Below are positions 17,814 through 27,611 of a stretch of 64,000 nt of DNA, piece after piece; the first letter of the stretch is position 1, and every line of letters starts with the position of its first letter. Location: contig OY970326.1 of the NCBI GenBank assembly GCA_963717155.1, positions 1,393,897 to 1,457,896 on the forward strand. The letters run 5' to 3'. The notes below the pieces were generated by a model. That model made no database searches. It was not told where the DNA came from and saw only the letters and a program-made list of their open reading frames with translations. A program made the translations under genes and the position numbers. Source of the stretch: an uncultured Actinomycetes bacterium (GTDB taxonomy: Bacteria > Actinomycetota > Thermoleophilia > Gaiellales > JALYLC01).

Positions 17814-18373
17814 ATGCCGATCGGCACACGCTGCCGGTCGGCCCACGGCCCGTCCCGGTTCACGCGAGGTCGGATCGGTGGCGTCCGGGCGTCGCGGACT
17901 GGGCGGGGCTGGCTGCAGTGGCGATCGCCGCGATCGTCGCGGATCAGGTCACCAAGTCCGCGATCTCGAGCTCGCTGAAGCTCGGCGAGTCGGTCGACGT
18001 CGCACCGTCGCTGTCGCTGTGGCACGTGCGCAACAACGGGATCGCCTTCGGCATCTTCACGCGCCGGCTTCCGGTCGTGATCGGCCTGACCGGGCTTGCG
18101 CTCGTCTGGATGCTCGCCTACTTCGCCCGCTCGGGCGCCCGCCACCGGCTGACGCCCGTCGCGATCGGGCTGCTGCTCGGCGGGAGCGTGTCGAACCTCC
18201 TCGATCGCATACGCAACGGGTACGTCACCGACTTCGTCTACCTGCACTGGTTCTCGGCGTTCAACGCCGCCGACTCCTTCATCGTCGTAGGCGTCGGGTT
18301 GCTCCTGTTCTCCCTGTTCCGGGGAGACGAGCGCGAGGGCGAGGCACCGCTCGAGCTGCCTCGACCCCGCTAG
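17810..18373 (+). CDS. lspA: lipoprotein signal peptidase (signal peptidase II)
   Basis: The ATG at 17810 overlaps the upstream stop. Motifs are ADQVTKSAI, LWHVRNNGIAFGIF, GGSVSNLLDRIRNGYVTDFV and FNAADSFIVVG. Confidence 0.8.
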   Translation: MNADRHTLPVGPRPVPVHARSDRWRPGVADWAGLAAVAIAAIVADQVTKSAISSSLKLGESVDVAPSLSLWHVRNNGIAFGIFTRRLPVVIGLTGLALVWMLAYFARSGARHRLTPVAIGLLLGGSVSNLLDRIRNGYVTDFVYLHWFSAFNAADSFIVVGVGLLLFSLFRGDEREGEAPLELPRPR

Positions 18374-18375
18374 AG

Positions 18376-19275
18376 GTGCTCGCACTCACGGCACCGAGCG
18401 ACGCGGGCGGTATCCGTCTCGACCGCTTCCTCGCCGAGCATGCCGAGATCGGTTCGCGCGCGTCGGCGGAGCGGCACGTCGCGGCCGGAAGGGTCACGGT
18501 CGACGGACTCGTCGCCGGCAAGGCGCTCCGGTTGCGCGGCGGCGAGCAGATCGAGGTCGAGCTCGAGGATCCGGGACCCGGCCTCGAGCCGGTCGAGCTC
18601 GGCCTGGACGTGGTGTTCGTGGACGAGTACCTCCTCGTCGTCGACAAGCCCGCAGGGCTCGTCACACATCCAGCCGCCGGGTTGCGAGAGCCGACGCTCG
18701 TGCACGGGCTCCTCGCCCGCGGGCTGGCAGGTGGCGTCGACCCGGAGCGCCCGGGAGTGGTGCACCGGCTCGACCGAGACACCACCGGCCTCCTCGTGCT
18801 CGCGCGCGACGCCGACGTGCACGCCACGCTCTCCGACATGCTGCGCGCGCGAAGCATCGAGCGCGAGTACGTGACGCTGGTGCACGGCCGACCGCCGTCT
18901 CGTCGTGGAACCATCGATGCGCCGATCGGCCGCGACCCTCGGACATCCGGTCGGATGGCGGTCGACGGTCGCGCGCCGCGCCATGCGGTGACGCACTTCG
19001 AGCTCGCGGAGGCGCTCGCGCGCACCAGCCTGCTCGAGGTGCGCCTGGAGACCGGCCGAACGCACCAGATTCGCGTGCACCTCGCCGCGATCGGGCACCC
19101 GGTCGTCGGCGATCGCGTGTACGGGCGAGGCGGCCAGGAGCTCGGACTCACGCGGCAGTTCCTGCACGCTGCCCGCCTCGCGTTCGAGCATCCGGTCACC
19201 GGTCGGCGCATCGAGCTCGACTCGCCGCTGCCACGCGACCTCGTGGCGGCGCTCGAGCTCGCGCGCGAGGAGTAA
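18376..19275 (+). CDS. rluD: RluA/RluD-family 23S rRNA pseudouridine synthase
   Basis: In-frame GTG at 18376. An S4 domain (IRLDRFLAE...GRVTVDG) is followed by LLVVDKPAGLVTHP, HRLDRDTTGLLVLAR (catalytic Asp) and GRTHQIRVHLAAIGHPVVGDRVYG. Confidence 0.85.
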   Translation: MLALTAPSDAGGIRLDRFLAEHAEIGSRASAERHVAAGRVTVDGLVAGKALRLRGGEQIEVELEDPGPGLEPVELGLDVVFVDEYLLVVDKPAGLVTHPAAGLREPTLVHGLLARGLAGGVDPERPGVVHRLDRDTTGLLVLARDADVHATLSDMLRARSIEREYVTLVHGRPPSRRGTIDAPIGRDPRTSGRMAVDGRAPRHAVTHFELAEALARTSLLEVRLETGRTHQIRVHLAAIGHPVVGDRVYGRGGQELGLTRQFLHAARLAFEHPVTGRRIELDSPLPRDLVAALELAREE

Positions 19276-19387
19276 ATACCAGCCGTCCGGGCATCCCCCG
19301 GCGGGACTACCCCGGCGGGACTACCCCAGGCGGGTTGCCTCCCCGGGGGGATGACGTGAGGCCCTCCCTGAGCCGATCACTCAGGGC

Positions 19388-21225
19388 ATGGGGAAGATTC
19401 CCGGATGTGGGCCTCGGCCCGCACTGGCAGCCGCATGCGCGCTTGCACTGTGCCTCGTTCCATCGGTCGCCAATGCCGATGTGACAGTCGCGCTGCAGAC
19501 GCGTCTGACCACGACCAGTGTCACGCAACAGGTGCCTGTTCTGGTCACGCTGCGGGACCAGGTGGACGCGGCGCGCTACTCGGGTCACCCGGCCGCCCTG
19601 ATCGCCGCCCTGCACCGTGAGGCGCGGCGCTCGAGCCACCAGGTTCCGCTCGTCGGGCCCCAGCGAGTCAGGCACTTCTGGCTCGTCAACGCCGTCGCCC
19701 TGAGCGCGAGCCCGACGCAGATCGCGAGGATCGCCCGCGACCCGGATGTCGCGAGCGTCGATCTCGACACCACCGTCCACGCGGCCGACGCCGACACGCA
19801 GGTCGCGGCCCAGAAGACGGCGGGCACGGGCGACTGGGGTCTCGCCGCCGTCGGCGCCCGCTCCGTCTGGGACGCCTACGGCGTCACCGGCAAGGGCGAG
19901 CGGATCGGCGTCATCGACACGGGTGTCGACGCGTCGGACCCCGATCTGACCGGCAAGATCGCAGCCTGGCACGATTTCGTGAACGGACGGCCGACCCCGT
20001 ACGACGACGGCGGCCACGGCACCCACGTTGCGGGAACGCTCGTCGGCGGCTCCGCCGGCGGCGCCGCGATCGGCGTCGCCCCGGGCGCCACGCTCGTCGT
20101 CGCCAAGGCGCTCGACTCCACGGGCGTCGGCAACGGGAGCGCGCTGATCGCTGCCGCACAGTGGATGATGGACCCCGACGGCAACCCGGCAACCGCCGAC
20201 TATCCGACCGTGATCTCCAACTCGTGGGTCTCCCCGGCCGGCACCGACACCTGGTTCCTACCGATGGTGCAGGCCTGGCGCGCGCTCGGGATCGTCCCGG
20301 TGTTCGCGGCCGGCAACACCGGCGGTCCCGGCACGGTCGGCAGCCCGGCGAGCTACAGCGAGAGCGTCGCGGTCGGCGCGATCGACGAGAACAGCGAGCT
20401 CGCACCGTTCTCGTCGGAGGGCCCGATCACCTGGTCCGCCGTGAACGACGAGGGTCTCGCGCCCGGCACGGTCGTCGCCAAGCCCGATTTCGTCGCGCCC
20501 GGCGAGGACGTCATGTCGACCGTTCCCGGCGGCTACGCCGAGATGTCCGGCACCTCCATGGCGACGCCGCACGTCGCCGCGGCGGTCGCACTGCTCCGCC
20601 AGGCCGCACCGACGCTCACGGCAGACCAGGTCATCGCGACGCTTCGCGCGACGGCGGACGACCTCGGCGCTCCCGGCGTCGACAACCAGTTCGGCGCCGG
20701 AAGGATCGACGTCTACGCGGCGATCAAGTCGGTGCTCGGCGCGCCTCCGACCACGACGCTCGTCAAGGCTCCCCCGAGCATCGTCAGCCGCGGCAAGGTC
20801 ACGTTCCAGGTCGCCGGCCAGGGCGCGACGCGCGTTCCGGGCCCGCATCGACGGCAAGCGGTGGAGCGCTCCCCAGACCACGCCGACCGTGACCGTGTCT
20901 CTCTCGGGTGGACGTCACTCGGTGCAGGTGCAGGCCGTCGCGTCCAACGGCTTCATCGACCCGACCGGTGTGACCCGCGTCGTGACCGTCGACAAGGCCG
21001 GGCCCAAGGTCCGCGTCCGGAAGGTGCACCGCGGCGGGCACGTCGTGCTCGTCGCGAAGGTCGCCAACCGGGCATGGCGCATCAAGCCGAGCGCGATCCG
21101 CTGGTCGGGCGGCCACCGCGGCCCGACCGTCGTGTGCGCCGCGCGCTGCCCGTCGACGGTGACGGTGCAGGACAGCTCGGGGGCACAGGGCGACGACCCG
21201 CGTCGCCTCCGCGCTCCGCGTGTAA
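19388..21225 (+). CDS. secreted subtilisin-like serine protease (peptidase S8) with C-terminal Ig-like region; apparent +1 frameshift near 20830, 3' end uncertain
   Basis: It has a signal peptide and the catalytic triad contexts [17 protein letters not shown] and [16 protein letters not shown]. After ...[11 protein letters not shown] the sensible sequence continues in the next frame ([36 protein letters not shown]...). The 870-aa track ORF is a chimeric read-through. Confidence 0.75.
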
Positions 21226-21399
21226 GAGCCCTCTATACTCCACCCGGTGGCGCTCCCTGCGCCGCCAGCGGCAGCCTGCCGCTTCAACGTCCCCCCGTCG
21301 CGCTCCTCACCCGGCGGTGGTGCCGCTCCGCATCGCGGAGGGTTCCGCCGGGCCGCGTGACGGCGAATGCCCCGTCAACCGAACCCTCGGAGGATCCCC

Positions 21400-22248
21400 G
21401 TGCCCGCGGTCACCATGCGCGAGCTCCTGGAAGCCGGAGTCCACTTCGGCCACCAGACGCGTCGCTGGAACCCGAAGATGCGCCGCTTCATCTTCTCGCG
21501 AGCGCAGCGGCATCTACGTCATCGACCTGCAGCAGACGATCGAGCTGATCGAGACCGCGCACTCGTTCGTGCGCAACGTCGCCGAGCGCGGCGGCAGCGT
21601 CCTGTTCGTCGGCACGAAGAAGCAGGCGCAGGACTCGATCCGCGACGAGGCCGACTCGCGTCGGCATGCCGTTCGTCAACCACCGCTGGCTCGGTGGACT
21701 GCTGACGAACCACCGCACGATCCAGAGTCGCATCACGCGCATGCACGACCTGCGCCGCCTGCGCGCCGACGGCCAGCTCGACCTGCTGCCGCCCAAGGAG
21801 CGCATGTCGATCCTGCGCGAGCTCGAGAAGCTCGAGATCAACCTCGGCGGCGTCGCCGAGATGCGACGGCTGCCGCAGGCGGTCTTCGTGATCGACCTCA
21901 AGAAGGAAGCGCTCGCGATCCGCGAGGCGCGCCGCTGCAACATCCCCGTGATCGGGCTCGTCGACACGAACTGCGATCCCGACGAGGCGCAGCTTCGTGA
22001 TCCCGGGCAACGACGACGCGATCCGCTCGTGCGGTGTCGTGGTCCGCGTGCTCGCCGACGGCATCGCCGAGGGTCAGGGCGTCGCGCGGGCCGCTGCCGC
22101 CGAGCTCGCCGCGGCCGCCGAGGCCGAGGCGCTCGCCGCCGAGGAAGCCGCCGCAGCCGCTGCCGCCGAGGCCGAGGCCGCCGCAGCCGCAGCCGCGGCC
22201 GACGAGTCCGACGCGGCCGAGCTGGACGTGCCCGATCCCGAGGCCTGA
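21400..22248 (+). CDS. rpsB: 30S ribosomal protein S2 (split over 4 frames by about 3 single-base shifts near 21498, 21656 and 21995)
   Basis: GGAGGA lies upstream of the GTG at 21400. The four pieces are [30 protein letters not shown] | [13 protein letters not shown]...[19 protein letters not shown] | [16 protein letters not shown]...[16 protein letters not shown] | [11 protein letters not shown], followed by an Ala/Glu-rich tail. Confidence 0.9.
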
Positions 22249-22274
22249 CCGACCCTTCTCCCGGAGACCATTGC

Positions 22275-22875
22275 ATGAGTGACTACACACCCTCGGCCGC
22301 GGAAGTGAAAGTTCTGCGCGAGGCAACCAGCGCCGGCATGATGGACTGCAAGCGCGCGCTCGTCGAGACGGCGGGCGACCACGATGCCGCCGTCACGCTG
22401 CTGCGCGAGCGCGGCATCGCGAAGCAGGCGACGCGCGCAGATCGATCGACCAAGGAAGGCGTCGTCGATGCCTACATCCACGGAAACGGGCGCATCGGCG
22501 TGCTCGTCGAGATCGGATGCGAGACCGACTTCGTCGCGAACACGCCGAGCTTCCGCGAGTTCGCCCACGAGGTCGCGCTGCAGATCAGCGCCCTGCCCGA
22601 GACCCGCTGGGTCCGGCGCGAGGACGTGCCGCCCGAGCTCGTCCAGGCCGAGGTCGACATCTACAAGGCGCAGGCCGCCGACAAGCCCGAGCAGGTGCAG
22701 CAGACAGATCGCCGAGGGCAAGCTCGGCAAGTGGTACGAGGGCGTCGTGCTGCTCGAGCAGCCGTGGATCCGCGACGGCGACCGCACGATCGAGCAGCTG
22801 CGCGCCGAGCTCTCGGTCGCGACGGGCGAGAACGTCGAGATCAAGCGCTTCGCACGTTTCGAGCGCGGGGCGTAG
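22275..22875 (+). CDS. tsf: translation elongation factor Ts (short form; one frameshift near 22705)
   Basis: VKVLREATSAGMMDCKRALVETAGDHDAAVTLLRERG and GRIGVLVEIGCETDFVA are followed, in the next frame, by IAEGKLGKWYEGVVLLEQPWIRD... Confidence 0.88.
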
Positions 22876-22908
22876 GCTTCGCGCCGGGATGACCGACCGG
22901 GTGCGACC

Positions 22909-23779
22909 ATGAGCCTGCCGGCCACCGAGTCGGAGGCCGCCGGCGTCGCCGCCTCGCCGGCGTTCCGCCGCGTGCTGCTGAAGCTGTCGGGCGAGGCCCT
23001 GATGGGCGACCGCAGCGTACGGCCAGGATCCGGAGCGGATCGTTGCGATCGCCGAGGAGGTCCGCGACGTCCGCGCACGCGGCGTGCAGGTCGCGATCGT
23101 CGTCGGCGGCGGGAACATCTTCCGCGGCCTGACGGCTGCGGGCACCGGCATGGATCGCGCGACGGGCGACTACGCCGGCATGCTCGCGACCGTGCTGAAC
23201 GCGCTCGCGATCCAGGATGCGCTCGAGAAGCTCGCGGTCTGGACGCGCGTCCAGTCGGCGCTCACGATCGCGGAGGTCGCCGAGCCCTACATCCGGCGCC
23301 GCGCGATCCGCCACCTCGAGAAGGGCCGCGTCGTGATCTTCGCGGCAGGCACCGGCAACCCGTTCTTCACGACCGACACCGCGGCTGCGCTGCGCGCCTG
23401 CGAGATCGGCGCCGAGGCGATCCTGATGGGCAAGAACGGCGTCGACGGCGTCTACGACGCCGATCCGCGCACCAACGCGGCGGCGCGCCTGCTGCCCGAG
23501 GTGTCGCACCGCGAGGCGCTCGAGCGCGACCTGCGCGTGATGGACGCGACGGCGCTCTCGTTGTGCATGGAGAACGATCTGCCGATCCACGTCTTCAACG
23601 TGAACGACGCACACAACATCGGGCGCATCGTGTCCGGCGCGCGTATCGGCACGCTCGTCTCGTCCGGTGCCCCGCGCGGCGGCCCGCTGCTGCCGCACGA
23701 GCCGCACGGGCCCGACGATGGACGACTTGACAACGGCCCCGGCGCGGGGCGCGACTCCCAGGGGGATCTCCTCTCGTGA
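22909..23779 (+). CDS. pyrH: UMP kinase (one frameshift near 23013)
   Basis: [16 protein letters not shown] is followed in the next frame by [37 protein letters not shown]...[14 protein letters not shown]...[20 protein letters not shown]. Confidence 0.88.
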
Positions 23780-24333
23780 TCGAAGACGTCGTCGCGGACG
23801 CCCAGCGCCGCATGGACAGGACGATCGAGTCGACCCGCCAGGAGTTCGGCTCCGTGCGCACCGGCCGGGCCTCGGCAGGCCTGCTCGACCGTATCCAGGT
23901 GTCGTACTACGGCACCAAGACGCCGCTCAACCAGCTCGCGCAGATCAGCGTGCCCGAGCCGCGGCTGCTCTCGATCCAGCCGTACGACAAGGGCGCGATC
24001 AAGGAGATCGAGCGCGCCATCCTCGAGTCCGACCTCGGGCTGACCCCGGCGAACGACGGCCAGCTGATCCGGCTCCCGGTCCCGCAGCTGACCGAGCAGC
24101 GGCGCAAGGAGCTCGTCAGGGTCGTCGGCAAGCTCGCCGAGGAGGGACGGATCGCGCTGCGCAACGTGCGCCGCGACGCGATCACGCACCTCAAGGAGCT
24201 CGAGAAGAAGGGCGAGGTCGGATCGGACGAGCTGCATCGCGCCGAGGACCGGATGCAGAAGCTGACCGACGAGCACGTCAAGCTGGTCGACGAGCTGTAC
24301 AAGCACAAGGAAACCGAGATCCTCGAGGTCTGA
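23776..24333 (+). CDS. frr: ribosome recycling factor
   Basis: Intact ORF of 185 aa with a GTG overlapping the pyrH stop. It contains [54 protein letters not shown] and [11 protein letters not shown]-like motifs. Confidence 0.95.
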   Translation: MIEDVVADAQRRMDRTIESTRQEFGSVRTGRASAGLLDRIQVSYYGTKTPLNQLAQISVPEPRLLSIQPYDKGAIKEIERAILESDLGLTPANDGQLIRLPVPQLTEQRRKELVRVVGKLAEEGRIALRNVRRDAITHLKELEKKGEVGSDELHRAEDRMQKLTDEHVKLVDELYKHKETEILEV

Positions 24334-24343
24334 GCGATTCCGA

Positions 24344-25107
24344 GTGCCCGCCGGCAGCCTCAAGGATCGCATCCGCCTCCTCGTCCGCCCGCCGCGCGAC
24401 GAGGAGCCGCGGCTGCCCGAGGTCGCATCGAGCGTCGCGCTGATCATGGACGGCAACGGGCGCTGGGCCCGCCGACGCGGGCTTCCCGTGATCGCGGGCC
24501 ATCGCGCCGGCGCGCGGGCGCTGCGACGCACCGTCGAGGCCGCGATCGATCTCGGCGTCGGCTCGCTCTCGGTGTACGCGTTCTCGACCGAGAACTGGAC
24601 GCGTCCGCCCGACGAGGTTCGCGACCTGCTCGACCTGCTCGCCGAGACGATCCATCGCGAGTTCCAGGATCTCGCGGCACAGGGCGTGCGCGTGCGCTTC
24701 GTCGGCACGGCGCGACCGTCTGCTCGCCGGCGCTCGCCGCCGAGATGCAGGGACTCGAGGACTCGACACGGCGTCGAACGAGGCGCTCGACCTGTACGTC
24801 TGCTTCGACTACGGCGGGCGCGACGAGCTCGTCGAGGCCGCGCGTCGGCTCGTGCGCGACGGCGTCGCAGCCGACGAGATCGACGAGGACGGCACTCCGC
24901 GCGCGCCTGTACGAGCCGCGGCTGCCCGATCCCGACCTCGTCATCCGCACCTCCGGCGAGAGCCGCGTCTCGAACTTCCTGCTCTTCCAGATCGCCTACG
25001 CCGAGCTCGTCTTCTCGGACGCGCTGTGGCCCGACTTCGGCCGTGACGAGCTCGCGAGCGCGCTCGCCGAGTACGCGCGCCGCCGCCGGCGCTTCGGAGG
25101 CAGGTGA
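24344..25107 (+). CDS. uppS: isoprenyl transferase / undecaprenyl-diphosphate synthase family (about 4 frameshifts between 24700 and 24900)
   Basis: [29 protein letters not shown]...[14 protein letters not shown] is followed by pieces in other frames (RRDRLL | [14 protein letters not shown] | [19 protein letters not shown] | [36 protein letters not shown]). Confidence 0.82.
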
Positions 25108-25908
25108 CCGCCCTCCTCTCGCGGGTGGTCGTGGCGATCATCCTGATCCCGCCGGTGCTGGCGGCGGCCTGGTACGGCGGCGTCGCGATGCTCGCGCTCG
25201 CGCTCGTCGCCGCGGGCTTCGCCTGCACGAGTACTACCGCATGGCGCGTGCCCTGCGGCCGATCCCGCTGTGCGGCTACGCGGGCGGGGCCGGGCGTCGT
25301 GATCGCCGCCTACGAGTCGAGCATTCCCTGGACGGTCGCGGCGGTGCTCGCCACGATGCTCGCGACGTTCCTCGTCGTCGCCGCCGTCTCGGTGCGCGAG
25401 TCGGCGCTCGGCGTCGCTCGGCGTCACCCTGCTCGGCGTCGTCTGGATCGGCTACGGCGTCGCGTTCCCGGTGCTGCTGCGCGGGCTCGAGGGGCCGAAC
25501 CACTTCGGCTTCAACGTCCTGCTCGCCGTGCTGATCGGCACCTGGGCGTCGGACATCTTCGCCTACTTCGGCGGCCGCCTCTTCGGGAAGCGCCGGCTGG
25601 CGCCTGCCATCTCGCCGAACAAGACCGTCGAGGGCTTCCTGATCGGCCTCGTCTTCGGCACGGCCGCCGGCTGGCTGACGCTCTACGACCAGGACCTCAC
25701 CTGGCTGCAGGCGCTCGAGGTCGCGCTCGCAATCGCGCTGGCCGGGCCGCTCGGCGACCTCTTCGAGAGCTTCGTCAAGCGCGACCTGAACGTGAAGGAC
25801 TCCGGCACGCTGCTCGGCGGCCACGGCGGCGTGCTCGACCGCATCGACGCGCTGCTCTTCTCGTCGGCGGCGGCGTACTTCACGCTGCTCGCGCTGGGGC
25901 GGGCCTGA
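25104..25908 (+). CDS. cdsA: phosphatidate cytidylyltransferase (about 3 frameshifts)
   Basis: The hydrophobic N-terminus is in the frame of 25104, [10 protein letters not shown] is in another frame, and the C-terminal part (track ORF 25471..25908) carries [30 protein letters not shown] and [14 protein letters not shown]. Confidence 0.78.
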
Positions 25909-26417
25909 TCGACGCGAAGGCCGCGCAGGCGGCGCTCGAGCGCGCGCTCGAGGTCGAGGCCGCCGCGCAGCGAGAGCTGCTCGAGGGCGTCCCCGAACCG
26001 GCCGGGTTCCGGGAGGCGGCCGGGCTGGTACTGGAGGAGCTACGAGCTCGCCCCTCCCGCGAGCTACGGACGGCTCGTCGGGATGTTGAAGGCAGCGGTG
26101 CTCGGTGGCGGCGGCAGCGGAGGAGGCGGGCGCGTCCGCGGACTGCTCGCCGACGGCGGCTCGTCGCCGACCGTGGTACGCGATCGCGATCGCCGCGCTG
26201 CTCGTCGACGACTGGCCGCTCGCAACGCGCGCGGCGCGGCGAGATGCGGTCAGGTGGCGACGCGTTCGCTCGTGCGGCCGATGCGATCGCAGCGATCGCC
26301 GACGACGACGTTGCCTCCGCGCGTCGCGCGATCGCGGCGATCGAGGCCGACTTCGCGGCGCGCGACGCTCATCTCACGGGGGTTCAGATTGCGGACACTG
26401 CCGTGCTTTTCACAACA

Positions 26418-26445
26418 TTGCTTGAACGTCGCGCTCGGCTACCCT
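26418..26445 (+). promoter_or_regulatory. candidate promoter of dxr (TTGCTT-16 nt-TACCCT), implying a leaderless or near-leaderless mRNA
   Basis: This is a locally AT-richer stretch. The -10-like TACCCT (TANNNT) ends 8 nt before the dxr GTG at 26454, and there is no Shine-Dalgarno sequence. Confidence 0.25.
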
Positions 26446-26453
26446 GACTTCTC

Positions 26454-27611
26454 GTGAAGCGCCTCGCCCTGCTCGGCGCGACGGGGTCGATCGGCCGTCA
26501 GGCCCTCGATGTCGTCGAGGCCCTCCCGGACATTCAGGTTGTCGCGCTGGCCGCCGGCCGCGGCGATCGCGAGCTCGGCGAGCTCGCCCGGCTGCATGGC
26601 GTGGACACGATCGCCCTCGCCGATCGCGAGGCTGCGGCCGCGTGCGCGCTCGGCGTTCGCACGGACGCGTGCTCGAGGGTGCGGATGGCGTCGCCGGGCT
26701 CGCAGCCGAGGTCGCGGCCGATATCGTGCTGAACGCGTGCGTCGGGGTCGCCGGGCTGGGCGCGACGCTCGCCGCGCTCGAGGCCGGCATCGACGTCGCG
26801 CTCGCGAACAAGGAGAGCCTCGTCGCCGGCGGCCCGCTGGTGCTCGACGCGGCGCGCGGGGCGGCGCGGCGCTGATCCCGGTCGACTCCGAGCACTCCGC
26901 ACTGCACCAGCTGCTGCGCGGCGAGTCGGCCGACTCGGTCGAGTCGCTGTGCTGACGGCCTCGGGCGGGCCGTTCCGCGGCAGCTCGCGCGCCGAGCTCG
27001 CCGACGTCTCGGCGAGCCGACGCGCTGCGCCACCCGACGTGGGCGATGGGCGCGCGGATCACCGTCGACTCCGCCACGCTGATGAACAAGGGCCTCGAGG
27101 TGATCGAGGCGCACCTGCTGTTCGGGGTGCGCGTACGACCGCATCGAGGTCGTCGTCCATCCGCAGTCGATCGTGCACGCGTTCGTGCGCCTGTCCGACG
27201 GAGCCATGCTCGCCCACGTCGGCCTTCCGGACATGCGGGTGCCGATCGCCTACGCGCTCTCCTATCCCGACCGCGCGCGGCTGACCGCGCCCCAGCGGCT
27301 CGACCTGGCCGCGGGCCTCGGACTGACGTTCGAGGCGGCCGATGCCGCAGACGTTCCGCTGCCTCGCGCTGGCACGCGCGGCCGGCGAGGCGGGCGGCCT
27401 CGCCCCGTGTGCGCTGAATGCCGCCGACGAGGAGGCCGTCTCGGCGTTCCTCGCCGGGCGCTGCTCGTTCCTGGAGATCGCCGACCTCGTCGAGCGCGCG
27501 CTCGATGCGGTCGAGCCCGGCCCGCTCGTGGATCGGGCGCAGGTCGTCCGGGCCGATGCGTCGGCCCGCGGGCTCGTGCGTCATGCGCTGTATGCGGGAG
27601 CCGGCCGATGA
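26454..27611 (+). CDS. dxr: 1-deoxy-D-xylulose-5-phosphate reductoisomerase (about 6 frameshifts)
   Basis: Pieces appear in successive frames: [18 protein letters not shown] | [36 protein letters not shown] | [15 protein letters not shown] | [10 protein letters not shown] | [33 protein letters not shown] | [36 protein letters not shown] | [13 protein letters not shown]. Confidence 0.88.

Noticed and set aside
21226-21399. A structured rpsB leader or promoter. A TATACT -10-like box lies at about 21234, with GC-rich hairpin-prone sequence downstream.
   Set aside because: There is no convincing -35 and no match to a known S2 autoregulatory leader that I can recall. The end of the upstream protease gene is itself uncertain, so I did not annotate it as a feature.
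19388-22000. An 870-aa ORF suggesting a giant protease fusion.
   Set aside because: It is a chimeric read-through. The genuine S8 protease leaves this frame near 20830, and further downstream the same frame happens to carry the middle segment of frameshifted rpsB. No single protein is encoded.
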